A DNA stretch of 56,250 bases. It comes from Chlorokybus atmophyticus. Its lineage: Eukaryota > Plantae > Mesostigma and Chlorokybus algae. The stretch lies in NCBI GenBank assembly GCA_009103225.1, contig RHPI01000053.1:1-56250 (forward strand), written 5' to 3'. Shown piece after piece: positions 10,504 through 22,179 of this stretch (position 1 is its first letter; each line of letters opens with the position of its first letter). The translations under genes were made by a program, and so were the position numbers. Below the pieces are notes generated by a model, which was given only the letters and a program-made list of their open reading frames with translations, searched no databases and was not told where the DNA came from.

Positions 10504-13099
10504 ATACGCACTACCAGCGCATGTGCAAGCGCATGCATACGTGCGCGTGTGCATGCAAGTGCGCACTTGCAAGGTCGCATACCATAGGTAGTATTATACG
10601 GCACATGCATGTGCTGTCACACCTGAGCACGCGCAAGCGCACGCTCGCACTCGCACATACACGCGTATGGCATGCATGCGCACATGTAAACATGCACTAG
10701 TGTCTGTAATTCCAGGCTTTGTGCTCGACTTGCGGATCAGCCCATCCAAGAACCCGTTGTTGCGACCGTTTGCGACGCTATTACCCAAGTCTTTATTGTG
10801 TGGAAACTGTACCAGCAGCTTCCCCGACATCATGGCCTCTGCACCACGCAGCAAACAATTTTGCAACTTCATCAACGCCTTCGACAGCCTCAGAATCAGC
10901 ACTGCCGTTTTCAAACGGGGTACGTCCTTTTTATAGACTTAACACATTAACCAGCATGGAACAGCTCTGCCAACTTCTTAAGCATGGCGATACTATGAGC
11001 AGTCGAGACCCATACTTGGATTTGGCAATCGAGCAAAGGAAATGGATGAGACAAAGGTGGTTCTTATTAAAGATTATAAGGATCTAGTTATAAGATTATG
11101 GAAAGCGTGCACAGTAGATGTCAAGTTCAAGCAAGGTGGTAAGCCCAATAAAGGTAGCACGATTAATGGATGCGGAGAGACTTCGGGATGCTTGAAAGCC
11201 GGTCCCTGTAGCCTCGTTCACTAAGAAGTTACTTAAGGACAATTAAAAGAAGAGTAGTGTATGACATGTTGTGATGCCGTTGTACAATGGCTATGCTGTG
11301 CGTTTCGGATATTGAACTTGTTAAACTTGCTTACGCACAACCAAGCAATTGGCTTAAAGGATTTGTGTTATATCCACTATGGTGCATAGGCTTTCCGGTG
11401 ATTTTGATGCAAGTGTGCTCATGCAAGAAGACACAAGCAACCATGCATGCACGTGAGAGATGAAACGCTAGAATTTATAATCACACACACGGGGCCTCAC
11501 AGCGCATGCCAAATCCGAAGACAGACGCGCTCAGCTAGTGTGTAAATCACCTAATGTCATGCTTCCCACTACTAGTAGCAAACACAAGCCAAACACATTC
11601 ACCCACACCCACACCCACACATCAGCCAACGAGCAGATCGGCGAGAGCAAACCATTAAGGTATAGGCAAGGGTACGCTAGGTTATGTGCTGATAGCTAAG
11701 TGCATGAGCGGGATGAGGGCGAAGGGTGGGGCTACAAGTAGCGGGGCAGCAAGCAGTAGGCAGACCTGTTGGCACAGGGCCGAGGGTTAAGAGCGGGCGT
11801 GTATCGCAGCGGCAAAGAACGAAAACAGCAGCGAAGGGTGAAGGGTGGGGGCGGGGCTCAAAGTCAGTGTTTGCATAGGCTTGTGCATTTGTGTGCTGGT
11901 GTTTATAATTGACCATGCTTTACATAATATTGCATGTTAACTTTGACTTGCACTTGTTTGCATACTCATCTGTGAATCAAACAATGTGACATTGTAACAA
12001 TTGTTTACCACTCAAGCTGAGCAATAGATAACTGTCGCATTCATGATCATTGCTACCTACAACTTGCTGGTCAATTGCTGGAGCTGCCAATGGTAATGAT
12101 ATTAATGGAGGGGGGGGGGGGGGTTTAACCTTAATGTTTGAAGCCATTAGAGTCCTTAATAACAGCTGGTAGCTACTATCAGGTAAAGGCTCGGTTCACG
12201 ACATGAGCTTGCATATAACTATTTGCAACAACCTGAAGTGATAATGAAACTAAAATAAATAAACAAGCAAAAAACGTGCACAACACCAAGCACATATCAA
12301 CATCAACACGAAGGTGAGAAGTACAAATTGGTACACTACATTGTTGTGGTCCCAAAGTTTGTGATTAGGATGACATAATCAACACACCGCGCATGGTGCA
12401 AACCGTTATGACTGGCACGCCATGACCATTCCATTGCTAGTCTCAACATGTAGATCCAAATGTTTGCCGCATTCGTATCATGCATGATGGATATCGTGAT
12501 AATCATTGCTGTACGTAACGTATATCAATTTCCAATGTGGCATGCCATAATTATCACCAACAATCGCGCTACGGTAACATTAAACAGCTTGCAATGCAGC
12601 TGCTAATGAACTTGCGGAGTGCCAGCACTGATGTATCCCCACTTGTGCATCTACATCTACACTAGTACTCCGCTAGCTTGAGCCAGCGCTAGCTCAAGCT
12701 ATCAGCTGGTGACAAGTTAATTGACTTCGGCAAGGTGCACAAAGCATGTGTGAGGGCAGCCTTGAAAGGCTGCATGTACTCAGCACGCCACTGAACTTCG
12801 ACTTGCAGCTTCTGCGCTGATCACAAGCACATGTCTTTTGATACCCATCTCAGCTAGCATTTACCCTCATCAACTAGTACTCATTAACTCCCTCACACCA
12901 ATAAGTAGCAGCTTGGGGTTCAACCCAATTCTTCACTTGAGTGCCGAACGTCAAACGGTGCGCCATAAAAACACAGTGCAAGAATGGCTCTGCACAATGG
13001 TTGGAGGGCTTGTCTGTCACGCCATAGCAAACAGCAGCACGCATCGTCTCCCATTCCATATGCCGGAGGCCAAAGGGTCTAAGTTTTGCGCATCAACTG

Positions 13100-13540
13100 T
13101 GTGACGGGAAGGTTCATTAGATTACCACAAATCGACCATAAAAGCACCAAGTCTTTTGTGGTCGAGTGGGCTGTGACATTGGTATCGGAGCTTGAGATCC
13201 GGTTCGATTCTTGCCTTGCACACGAATTCCGTGGTCGTTGTTTCTCGATCCAATAACATCGTACATGGTCACTTTATAAGTGCCATCATCGATGGGTCGC
13301 AACTTGCCTAATGTCAGTCGCGCCGAACTGACCAGTTCAGTCGGCGCGGCAGGGCGCGACCTGCCTATCGCGGCGACGCAACCTGTGGGGCCGGCAGCGG
13401 CGCGATGTGCGCGCGGTGAACGGTATGGGCCTAAATTGGCTGGTCCTTGGGTGGTGGGGCCGGTGACCGACCCTAATCAGACCCCTGGGATGATTCCCCA
13501 GCTGATTGGCGCCAGCTGCCGAGGACGTCAGCGTTCTTAA

Positions 13541-13574
<34 letters not shown>

Positions 13575-13841
13575 NNNNNNNNNNNNNNNNNNNNNNNNNN
13601 NNNNNNNNNNNNNNNNNNNNNNNNNNNNNNNNNNNNNNNNNNNNNNNNNNNNNNNNNNNNNNNNNNNNNNNNNNNNNNNNNNNNNNNNNNNNNNNNNNNN
13701 NNNNNNNNNNNNNNNNNNNNNNNNNNNNNNNNNNNNNNNNNNNNNNNNNNNNNNNGGGGGGATGTAACGGGAAGGTACATTAAAGTACCACAGATCGACC
13801 ATACAAGCACCAAGTCTTTTATGATCGAGTGGGCTGTCACA
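13100..13841 (+). mobile_element. Miniature non-autonomous LTR retrotransposon (TRIM) with 79-bp LTRs
   Basis: LTRs at 13100-13178 and 13763-13841 (TG...CA, 9 differences in 79 nt). TSD AACTG at 13095-13099 and 13842-13846. PBS TGGTATCGGAGC at 13180-13191 (tRNA-iMet type). PPT GGGGGGA at 13756-13762. No coding sequence is visible, but a 181-N gap lies inside. Confidence 0.93.
13159..13211 (+). promoter_or_regulatory. Putative split RNA Pol III type-2 promoter (A-box in the LTR, B-box after the PBS)
   Basis: TGGTCGAGTGG at 13159-13169 resembles the A-box TRGCNNARYGG. GGTTCGATTCT at 13201-13211 resembles the B-box GGTTCRANNCC. The starts are 42 nt apart, close to intronless tRNA spacing. Confidence 0.55.
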
Positions 13842-13956
13842 AACTGCCTTACATGTGGGCGAGCCCAACTGCGTGCCAAAGGTGTTTAAAAGGTTCTGCG
13901 TTGATGCTTTGCATTTTGGTTACTCTTCCATCTTATTATAACTCATTTTGCCACTC

Positions 13957-14138
13957 ACTTGCATATGCCCGAGGGTGGGTGAGTCAAGCTGAGTGCTCGA
14001 GAGGTGTCTTAAAGCAATTGGGTTGGTTCTTTGCACTTCAGAGCTTGGTTCTTTGCTCTTTCACGATATTACATGTCATCCTGCCTTTTACTTGCATGTG
14101 CCTTAAGGTGGGTTAGGCAAGCTGAGTGCTCGAGAGGT
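13957..14138 (+). repeat. Two ~49-bp direct repeats, 133 bp apart
   Basis: 13957-14005 and 14090-14138 share ACTTGCAT...GGTGGGT...CAAGCTGAGTGCTCGAGAGGT. Confidence 0.8.
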
Positions 14139-17130
14139 ATCACATGATTTGTTTTGCACATATGTGGGGTACATTTATATGCATATGTGGGGTATATTTA
14201 TGGAATTTTATGCATGCAGGCTCCTGTTAAAGGGGCATGTATATATTTGTTAACACAAGCCAAATGTAATGTGCAAGCAGAACAGTAACTTACACTGACA
14301 TTATGAAAGCACATGTACGGTACGCTTGCGAATGTACGCTTGCACATATACGTTAACACAAATTAAATAATGTGTAAACATAAAATAAACATACATTATC
14401 GACATGGATCACTTGGGTCGTGTGAGCCCGCGATGACTTATTGCCGACGGGGCGGGTGGTGCGCCGCATCGACACCATCGCACGGCACGGGGTGCGTCCG
14501 CGGGCGTCTGCAAGGTCGCATCGACGGCGGGGCGGGCGCAGAGCGTTTTTAAAGCGATTTTGTTTAACGGAGGACGGGGCGAAAAGTGGGGAAGGGGCNG
14601 GACTACTGCTTGAAATAATGTAAATGAAATTGACTGAAGATATGTGATTGACATGCGTCGCGGCGCGGTTATTTCAAATAAAAGTTCAACAATTAATCAA
14701 GTTAACAATGTAAACGTTGTACATCATTAAACAAAACGCTTAAATGTAGCCTTTATGCCATGATAAGTATATAAAACTATGCTTATACATTTGAACACGT
14801 ACGCATACAAGACAAACCCAACACATGTAGCAACGTGTATATGTATATATATATATATGTAGAGTATAAATTTATTATTATAATTAATTATTATATATGA
14901 TGCAAGAATAACTTGACCGTGCATTATATACGAGCCGAATCGTATGGCATATGTTACGATTGGTAATTTGATTTGTGACATATGCTCGCAAACTACACTT
15001 GATATGCTTGATGCTAATGATGCCATGTTTACTATTACTTAAGTTGTACGATGGATGATCATAAAACGTTTTAACAATTTGCACAAGATCTTGCTCTATG
15101 TGTATCGAACACGTGATCGTTAAGTTTGAATTGATCATGCAATATCGGATTTTATACCTACAAGATCCAAGCAAATGTAATCTTGTTTTTAATCAGTAAA
15201 TATATGAAAAGTATAAAATGTGTAATTCACTAATGTTGCCATTGTCATTGCTTATAATGAACTTTACATGTACATGAATCTATGGTCACTATAATCGTGC
15301 ATAATATTATACTCTATTTGCTACCGTACGTAGCTTTGATGTTCATAAATATTAATTTGTTGGCATACAAAAGGTACATGAAAATTTACATTGATTTTGT
15401 ACCACATATTGCATAATTTCTATATAAAAACATAGGAATAAAAGCATGTACTACAAACTCCCGAGTACAAGATATAATCAACATTCGGTTGAACCATTAA
15501 ATGAGCATAATTATTACAATATGTTTAATGATTTGCATTTATAATTAAAGTTTACTTTTGCATACATGCAAAAGTATATAAAAATAAGGAAGCGTATATG
15601 ATGAATATGATTGTAATATTAGCACATGCATAAAACCAGTATTATCATAAATATCATGATTGCATCATACATACATAGATTAAACTCTGGGATTAATGGT
15701 GTTCATCTTTGACTAATGATACACAAGAGTAGGCTTTGATTGCACAATCAGTGATGGTGTTCAAGTTACATATATGTTTTTGCATTAACATCACGTAGCT
15801 AAGCACGTATAAAACAATCACTCATTGTATAGACGTATGGGTATGAATAAATGCCAATTTATGCCACACAGGCTACAAAGTTATTAAAAGCGTTATCGCA
15901 TGTGTTTCAGCAGCGCCGTTTGGTCTTAGTCAATCACTGCAGGACGCAGAGAGTAGCAAGGCTGTGAGTCATCGCCAAGCTTAGTTCATGAGTCGCTGCG
16001 AGCGTTACATGACCGAACCCGCATATATTATTTACATACAGGGTCAACGCTGCCTGCCATCAAACGGCGCACACTTCAGCACATCACGTTTGCCATCAAC
16101 AAACGAACTCGAGCCTGCGACGCGCCCGTCGTAACGGTCGCGCGCTTTGTAGTCCACCGCAGGAGGCCCGAGTGATTTGGGCGCGATGCCAGCCGCAAAT
16201 TGCACGGTACGAAGCGGGCGGCCGCCTTGCGAGAGGAAAACCGTTACGATTGCTTGACTTTATGGCGCGCGATGCCAAGTGTGCACTACGCGACAAACAT
16301 TGCGTGTCCCCAAAGCCACGTGGGGCACACGTTAACAAGCGCCAGGTCGGATTGCGGAAAGGACGGGAGAGAGTCACCGGCCAGCGCGATTGAGGTACGA
16401 TGTATGTGTGCACGTGTACCGCTCTGCTCTGTGCAGAGGACTACATGTCAATGTGTCGTTGTTTTACATTTCTGTATGATTTGATGATGCAAGGCCCTTT
16501 CAGCAAGGGGCAGTACGGCGACGACATGCTACGCATGCCTTAGGTCACAACACTGGTACAACCAGGGGGTAAAATCTTTAAGCCCATAATATATTACACT
16601 TACATGTAAGCTTTGCAAAAACTTCATGTCCCACACTTCTTAAAGTTAAATAATATAAGCACACAACAAAACACCTTTAACACTTGAGATGTAATGATAT
16701 GTCGCATTGCACGTGATGTGTTTTATAATAATATAGATGGCTTGCTGATAAATAATGAATGGCATTCGAGAAGTTTTGTAATCATTGCGTAGCATACCGT
16801 ATGCTAAGCATATGATATGCTGAAGATTATATATATTAAAAATGCATGTCTCGTTTTTAAATACAACGTTAACAACTGGTCCAACTTCATGAACCTCAGC
16901 CACGGATAAGCCGACTCATATTATTCACATGTTTAAAATCCTCATCCATCGTATGATGTATGTTCACCCAAATGTAGTCAACACGAAGGCTACAAGATGC
17001 TTATATACATAAAAGGTACAATCAACCATGTTTGTTAAGTCGCTGTATACTTGTGATGCACGTGTTTTTCACTTAATTATATTGCAACGCAATAACAAAA
17101 TCAGCTTGTTTGTTATGCAATACGCACACG

Positions 17131-17471
<341 letters not shown>

Positions 17472-19014
17472 ATACGCATTGGCAGTTGGGTGGCTTGCAG
17501 TAATTACAACATTAAGTTCAAGGCCTCAACTCCCACACTTGAAGGCGTACGTGCAAACCTTATAACGATGTTACCCGGTACTAACATATGACGCTTTATG
17601 CGTCGTTCATGAGACGCCAACAACCTACAGAAGTGCTGGTAGTGTTGCTGTGCCGCACCACTACTGCCAGTGAGTGTGTCGTAGCGAAGCCGCTCGCGTC
17701 GTCGCCACTTGTGCTGCGACTCGCTCAGAGTCGCTGGCGAGCGAGTCGTTGGTGACAACTCGGATAACGCCTAATTAGCAGGTGCGGATATTTGATGATG
17801 AGTTGGACAACGTGACATCCAGCATAACGAGCGACCGAGAATATCTGTCAACGAACCTCAATCGTCTTTATCGGCAGCCGCTTGTCGATCCAACGGTGTA
17901 CAACGCTCACACCGGTCAACGCGCGCACGCCCTGGTACCGCGAGCGCGCGCGCGCGCGCGCCCTGGTACGACGTGTCGGCTAGCTGGAGCATTTATCGAC
18001 TCAACTTTATAGGCCTATCTGCGACTCGCCCATATCTCCCCCGTAGTAGCCCCCAACCCGTACGTCATGACGGGGAACAAACGGCGGAGGAGAGCCATCG
18101 TCTATGGCCGGCTGGGCTCGCGGGCGTGTCGCGACGCGACCACCCGGCATTGTCAATCTGGGAGCCATTGATCCCTCGCACTAGGTAGCCTCCAGTAGCG
18201 GATCGCAGCCGCCACAAGCCAATCAGATCGCCGCTTTAGGAGAGGCATGTGCCTGATTGGGGACTGTGCCCCTCCCCTCGAGAACCAAGATTACACTTTC
18301 GGCGCGTACAAGTTTTTGCGTACGGTACCGTGCGCTCGCAAAAAGCACCTGCGCGGCACCACCTCATGTGACGCATCTCAGTCAAGCAGACCAGGTATTA
18401 TTGATACGAGCGCAGAATAGAGGCAACAGTATAGATATCGGCAGTAGCTTAGTTGAGTCTGGCCTTGACTGCGGTTGAGTTTTGACCAGCGGGAGCCTTG
18501 AATGATTATGCAAGCCTACAAGGTTGTCATGAAATGCTCGGAATAGAGTAGGGGTGGGGCTAAAAGGGGGGTGACTCACGTACGAGGGGGAGGGGAGCCA
18601 ATCAACCTCTCTCCGCCGCTAGCGTTATGGCTGGTCCACGCATGCCGTGAGCAGCGGAAAGCAGCTAACAGCACCGCCGCCGCCGCCGCCGGCCCCTCTG
18701 AGGGAATTGCCGAGGTGGTTGTTAGAGCGCAGAGAGTGCGGGGTGTAGGCGGCAGCAAGGTGGCGGAGGTGGTTGTTGTGTGTTGAGGTGGAGAGCTGTG
18801 TGTGCAGTGTGCTGGTGTAGTCCACGCTCAAGTGGCGGGCAATTGAGATAGTCAACGCCACAGACAGACAGTGCGTGGGTGGGTACACGCTTGCTGTAAG
18901 AGTGGGTGTACCAGCAAGAGCGGTGTTGTGTTCTCCTTGTCTTTCTTCTTGTCTGGCTGTGCGCCAAGTGGTTGCAAGTCAGCACCCCTGGCAAACAATC
19001 TGCTCCTCCTCACC

Positions 19015-20922
19015 ATGGCGGCGGCGGCCAAGGATTCGCCTCCGCCGCCACCTGGACCGCGTGGCAAGCGGCCACGTGGTTCAGCTGCTAGCGGCGGCGG
19101 CAGTAGAAGTAATGATGGGAGCACACGAGTCAAAAGCGCCTGGAATCCAGAGGTGAGCAGCAACAGTTCCGCTTGTTTGCATTACATGTAGTAGTTTGTA
19201 TGCATATCAACGGCATTAGCTGTTGTTGATTGAACAACTGTTAGTAGTGAAGCGTGCACATGCCTTCAGTTGGGTTGGTTGCTGTACTCGTTGCTGTTGG
19301 TTTGTTGAGCAATGTAACCAAGGTGGTTACATTAGACTATGGCTGTGTGGCGAGGTGCAAAAGGCTGGTATTGTGTACAAGAAAACAGATTGTACAAGCA
19401 TACAGAGAGTGCACCATTGTAGTGGCAAACAAGTCCCTAGCTTGGCAAGGAAGACTCATCTCAAGACAAGGCAGATGCGAGTGAGATGAGAGGGGTAAAG
19501 AAATGGCCTTATTGAAATAGAAACTGTACATGTAAGGAGGATACAGACTCATCATTGGTTGGGTAGTTATCTAAACAATGTTTGTCAACGAGTTCGCAGT
19601 GTATTGGATGTCCACTTGGAGTGCAGCGTGCTCATGAATGCTGTGTACCACAGGAGGACAGGATACTGCAAGAGCTGATTGCTGAGCATGGGCCAAGGAA
19701 CTGGTCGGTGATTGCGCGCGGACTTGAAGGAAGGTCCTCCAAGTCCTGCCGATTGAGATGGTGCAATCAGCTCAGCCCGCACGTGCGCAAGGAGCCCTTC
19801 ACAGAGACTGAGGACCGCGCCATCATTCGAGCACACGCCCTGCACGGCAACAAGTGGGCCATTATCGCGAAGCTTCTACCTGGCAGGTAGGGAGTTGTTG
19901 CTTAAGCTTGCCACCTAACAACCTATTATTGACCTTGGTTGTCATGCTCACCCAACAACTTTTCTGGCAGGACCGACAACGCCATCAAGAACCATTGGAA
20001 CTCCACACTGCGGCGCAAGTACCCGGAGGCCGGCCTGGCTGCTGCAGCGGAGAGCAGCAGGCCCTCTTGCTCCATGAGCGAGGATGCTGACTCAGTATCC
20101 ATGCGCAGCGGCTGCGAGCAGAACAGCGTGTCCCCACGCAAGCGCCAAGCAGAAGATGAGGGCGCAGACAGCCCGGCCACCACACGACGACGACGTAAGT
20201 TAGTCTCCTGCGCTGTGCGCACATGCTGGGACACGTGATCATCCTGCTCCTTGCTTGTATGCAACAACATGCCAAACAACTGAGCAGTTCCTTTGGCTTC
20301 AGGCACTGTGCGCACATCTGAGAGTGAGTCAGAGACCCGCAGCGATGCGGGAGAGTCCAACACTTCCACTCTCTCCAACGAACCAGCGGCATGCGATGTC
20401 AGCAAGTTCTCGAGCGCGCCAAGTCTGAGGACACAAGGGCCCGGCACGCTGAAGCCGCTGGCAGTCCGCTTCGGTCCCATCCCCATGTACTTCTGGGAGC
20501 CAGTGAACCCTCCGTCATTCACGCCTGGAGACGAGGTGGCTGCGATGGAATGGCGTGAGCAGGTGAGTTATCAACAGTTACATCACATCACGGTACATGG
20601 GCGTGTGCGTGTGCAAGGGACTCACTGTGCTCTCAACCGTCCGCAGTTCATGCAGCAAACAATGACGCAGTACATGACGTATGCACGAGCACAAGTTGCT
20701 GGCAACGCCAGCACTATGATGCCACCTGTCTCACCGACGTCGCCCTTTGAAGGCCCAACCATGCGAGTGCGCACGACTGCGCAGATAGCTCAGTCGCACG
20801 CGTTCCAGTCTTTTGTTCCGCCTGCCAAGATGCAACCAGCACAAGAGCAGGCTCCTGAAGTGCAGCCGCTCCCGGAGCCGGCTGCGGAGCTGCAAGCACT
20901 CGTAACAGAGTCCGCAGCGTAG
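19015..20922 (+). CDS. R2R3-MYB transcription factor (MYB44/73-like R2R3 domain)
   Basis: Exons 19015-19152, 19654-19886, 19971-20194, 20303-20562 and 20647-20922 have GT-AG junctions and consistent phases. Translation includes KSAWNPEEDRIL...GPRNWSVIA...SKSCRLRWCNQLSP...[46 protein letters not shown]. Confidence 0.95.
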
Positions 20923-22179
20923 GTTTGTTCGTAGTATTATTGTTGTCCGTTTTAGCTTTGTGTTTCCATTTCCTTCAGAAGGATAGATTTCCCTAGCGTA
21001 AGTCTGTACAGCAGCAACTGCGCTTGCTGTACAGCTTGCTGTCTGGCAGCTAGGCCAGCGCAGCAACAGTACTAGTAGCCTTCATAGCAGCAGTAGTTTG
21101 TTTGGTTTACTCCGCAGTTTGACTATCACTTAGCCCCTGGACCCAGCCCGCATTGTAGTGCGTTTAGGATCGCGGCCCGGATGTGCCTTCTTCTTCTTGG
21201 GAGTTGTATATATATACTAGCGCTACCTACTAGCGATATTATAGCACCAGATTGGATCTCTCTTTTCTTACCGATTCTATTGAGGGCTCCTCTTCCAGTT
21301 TGCTCATTATCGTCCTGTTCCTCCTTGCATGCCCTGCCTGTTTACTTGCCACAATGGCCACTGCACAATACCAAGTGACAGACTGGTAAGATATATCAAA
21401 ATCAATCCCACAATTCAAGCTAGCTGACATGATCACAGTACTCCAGCATCCAACCTGCGATAATCAAGCTTGTGGAGTTTCAAGTTGCAGGTTGCATGTG
21501 CAATAGCGGCAGTGCAGTCCACGTCACATTTAGGGCGCAGTGTGCACAGGGCTGATATAGATGACTGCACTGAGCTTCGACCGCCTGATGGCGAACAACT
21601 GATCTTCGAACACGACACGCAATTGCCCAACCCTTCCGCACCAACGCCATCCAGCTGTCCTGCTGAGCTTCGCAGAGCCAGCCCTGGCTTGCAGCGGAGC
21701 TGCACGGCATTGCACTAGACCTCGACACCGGCGAAAACACAAGGGCCCTCCACGTTCCAGCCATTAGATGGCTTTCTTGCTCGTGAGGTTGTGCAAGCGT
21801 TGCCTGTGCCTGCCTTACTACTGGTGTGTCTTTGCTGTGCAACACGGCCACTTGTGCGTGCGTGGTGACCACTGGTTCCCACTTAAAGCCACTGGATTAA
21901 CGACTCACACGCTCTCTGCTTTTCAGCTTGTTCTACACGACAGCATGCATGCGCGTGCAACCACGTGCATGCAGCAGACGTGCATGTTGTAACTCAACAA
22001 CCCAAGCTGCAATTCAGCTTGACTCCAGCACTCTTCCCCTCCGCAACCTTGTCCTCCTTCCCCACGACCTAGTCGTCGTCCTTCTCCGTTTGCTCCACGC
22101 TCTTCCGCCTCCGCTGCTGGACACGCTGAAGCTAAGCGCTGCTGTGCTACTGTGCTGCAGCAGGAGACGAGCAGCAGCA

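Larger units (their letters stand above)
5785..11087 (+). mobile_element. Crypton-like tyrosine-recombinase DNA transposon, intron-containing pseudogene (NDC10_II-type YR domain plus possible C-terminal GCR1_C-like domain)
   Basis: Motifs occur in YR order: IGRSNKRRDTYLSCL (R 5908), GPSPCMFLYAIMSGGKT (K 6102), RDLLECPQGALARHLAQQFFVNAELFPD, KMTHTFRVAGA (H 7503, R 7512), AHMGKWN*DVMDKSYL (W 7962, Y 7989), LIELVFPFL, LLVQDAAAGMAAKYPYHPLH. FYRLNTLTSMEQL near 10930 is weakly GCR1_C-like. A frameshift lies near 6147, with stops at 7527 and 7968. Confidence 0.8.

Noticed and set aside
6666-10700. Many His/Thr/Ala- or Cys/Val-rich ORFs, and likewise the ER/SL and HT/CV ORFs at 7526-7984, 13473-13889 and 17028-17591
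   Set aside because: These are translation artefacts of CA/TG/CT low-complexity DNA and N gaps.
13150-13230. A genuine tRNA gene
   Set aside because: A- and B-box-like motifs are present, but there is no acceptor stem or anticodon arm and the T-stem pairs poorly. It is treated as a promoter-like remnant instead.
17504-17758. ORF with KWRRRERLRYD and nearby hairpins, possibly a Helitron fragment
   Set aside because: No Rep or helicase motifs, and no hairpin-plus-CTRR terminus was found.
21239-22130. Possible small minus-strand gene divergent from the 6-exon gene
   Set aside because: Some splice-like sites and a plausible last exon exist, but I could not build a consistent reading frame or recognise a domain.
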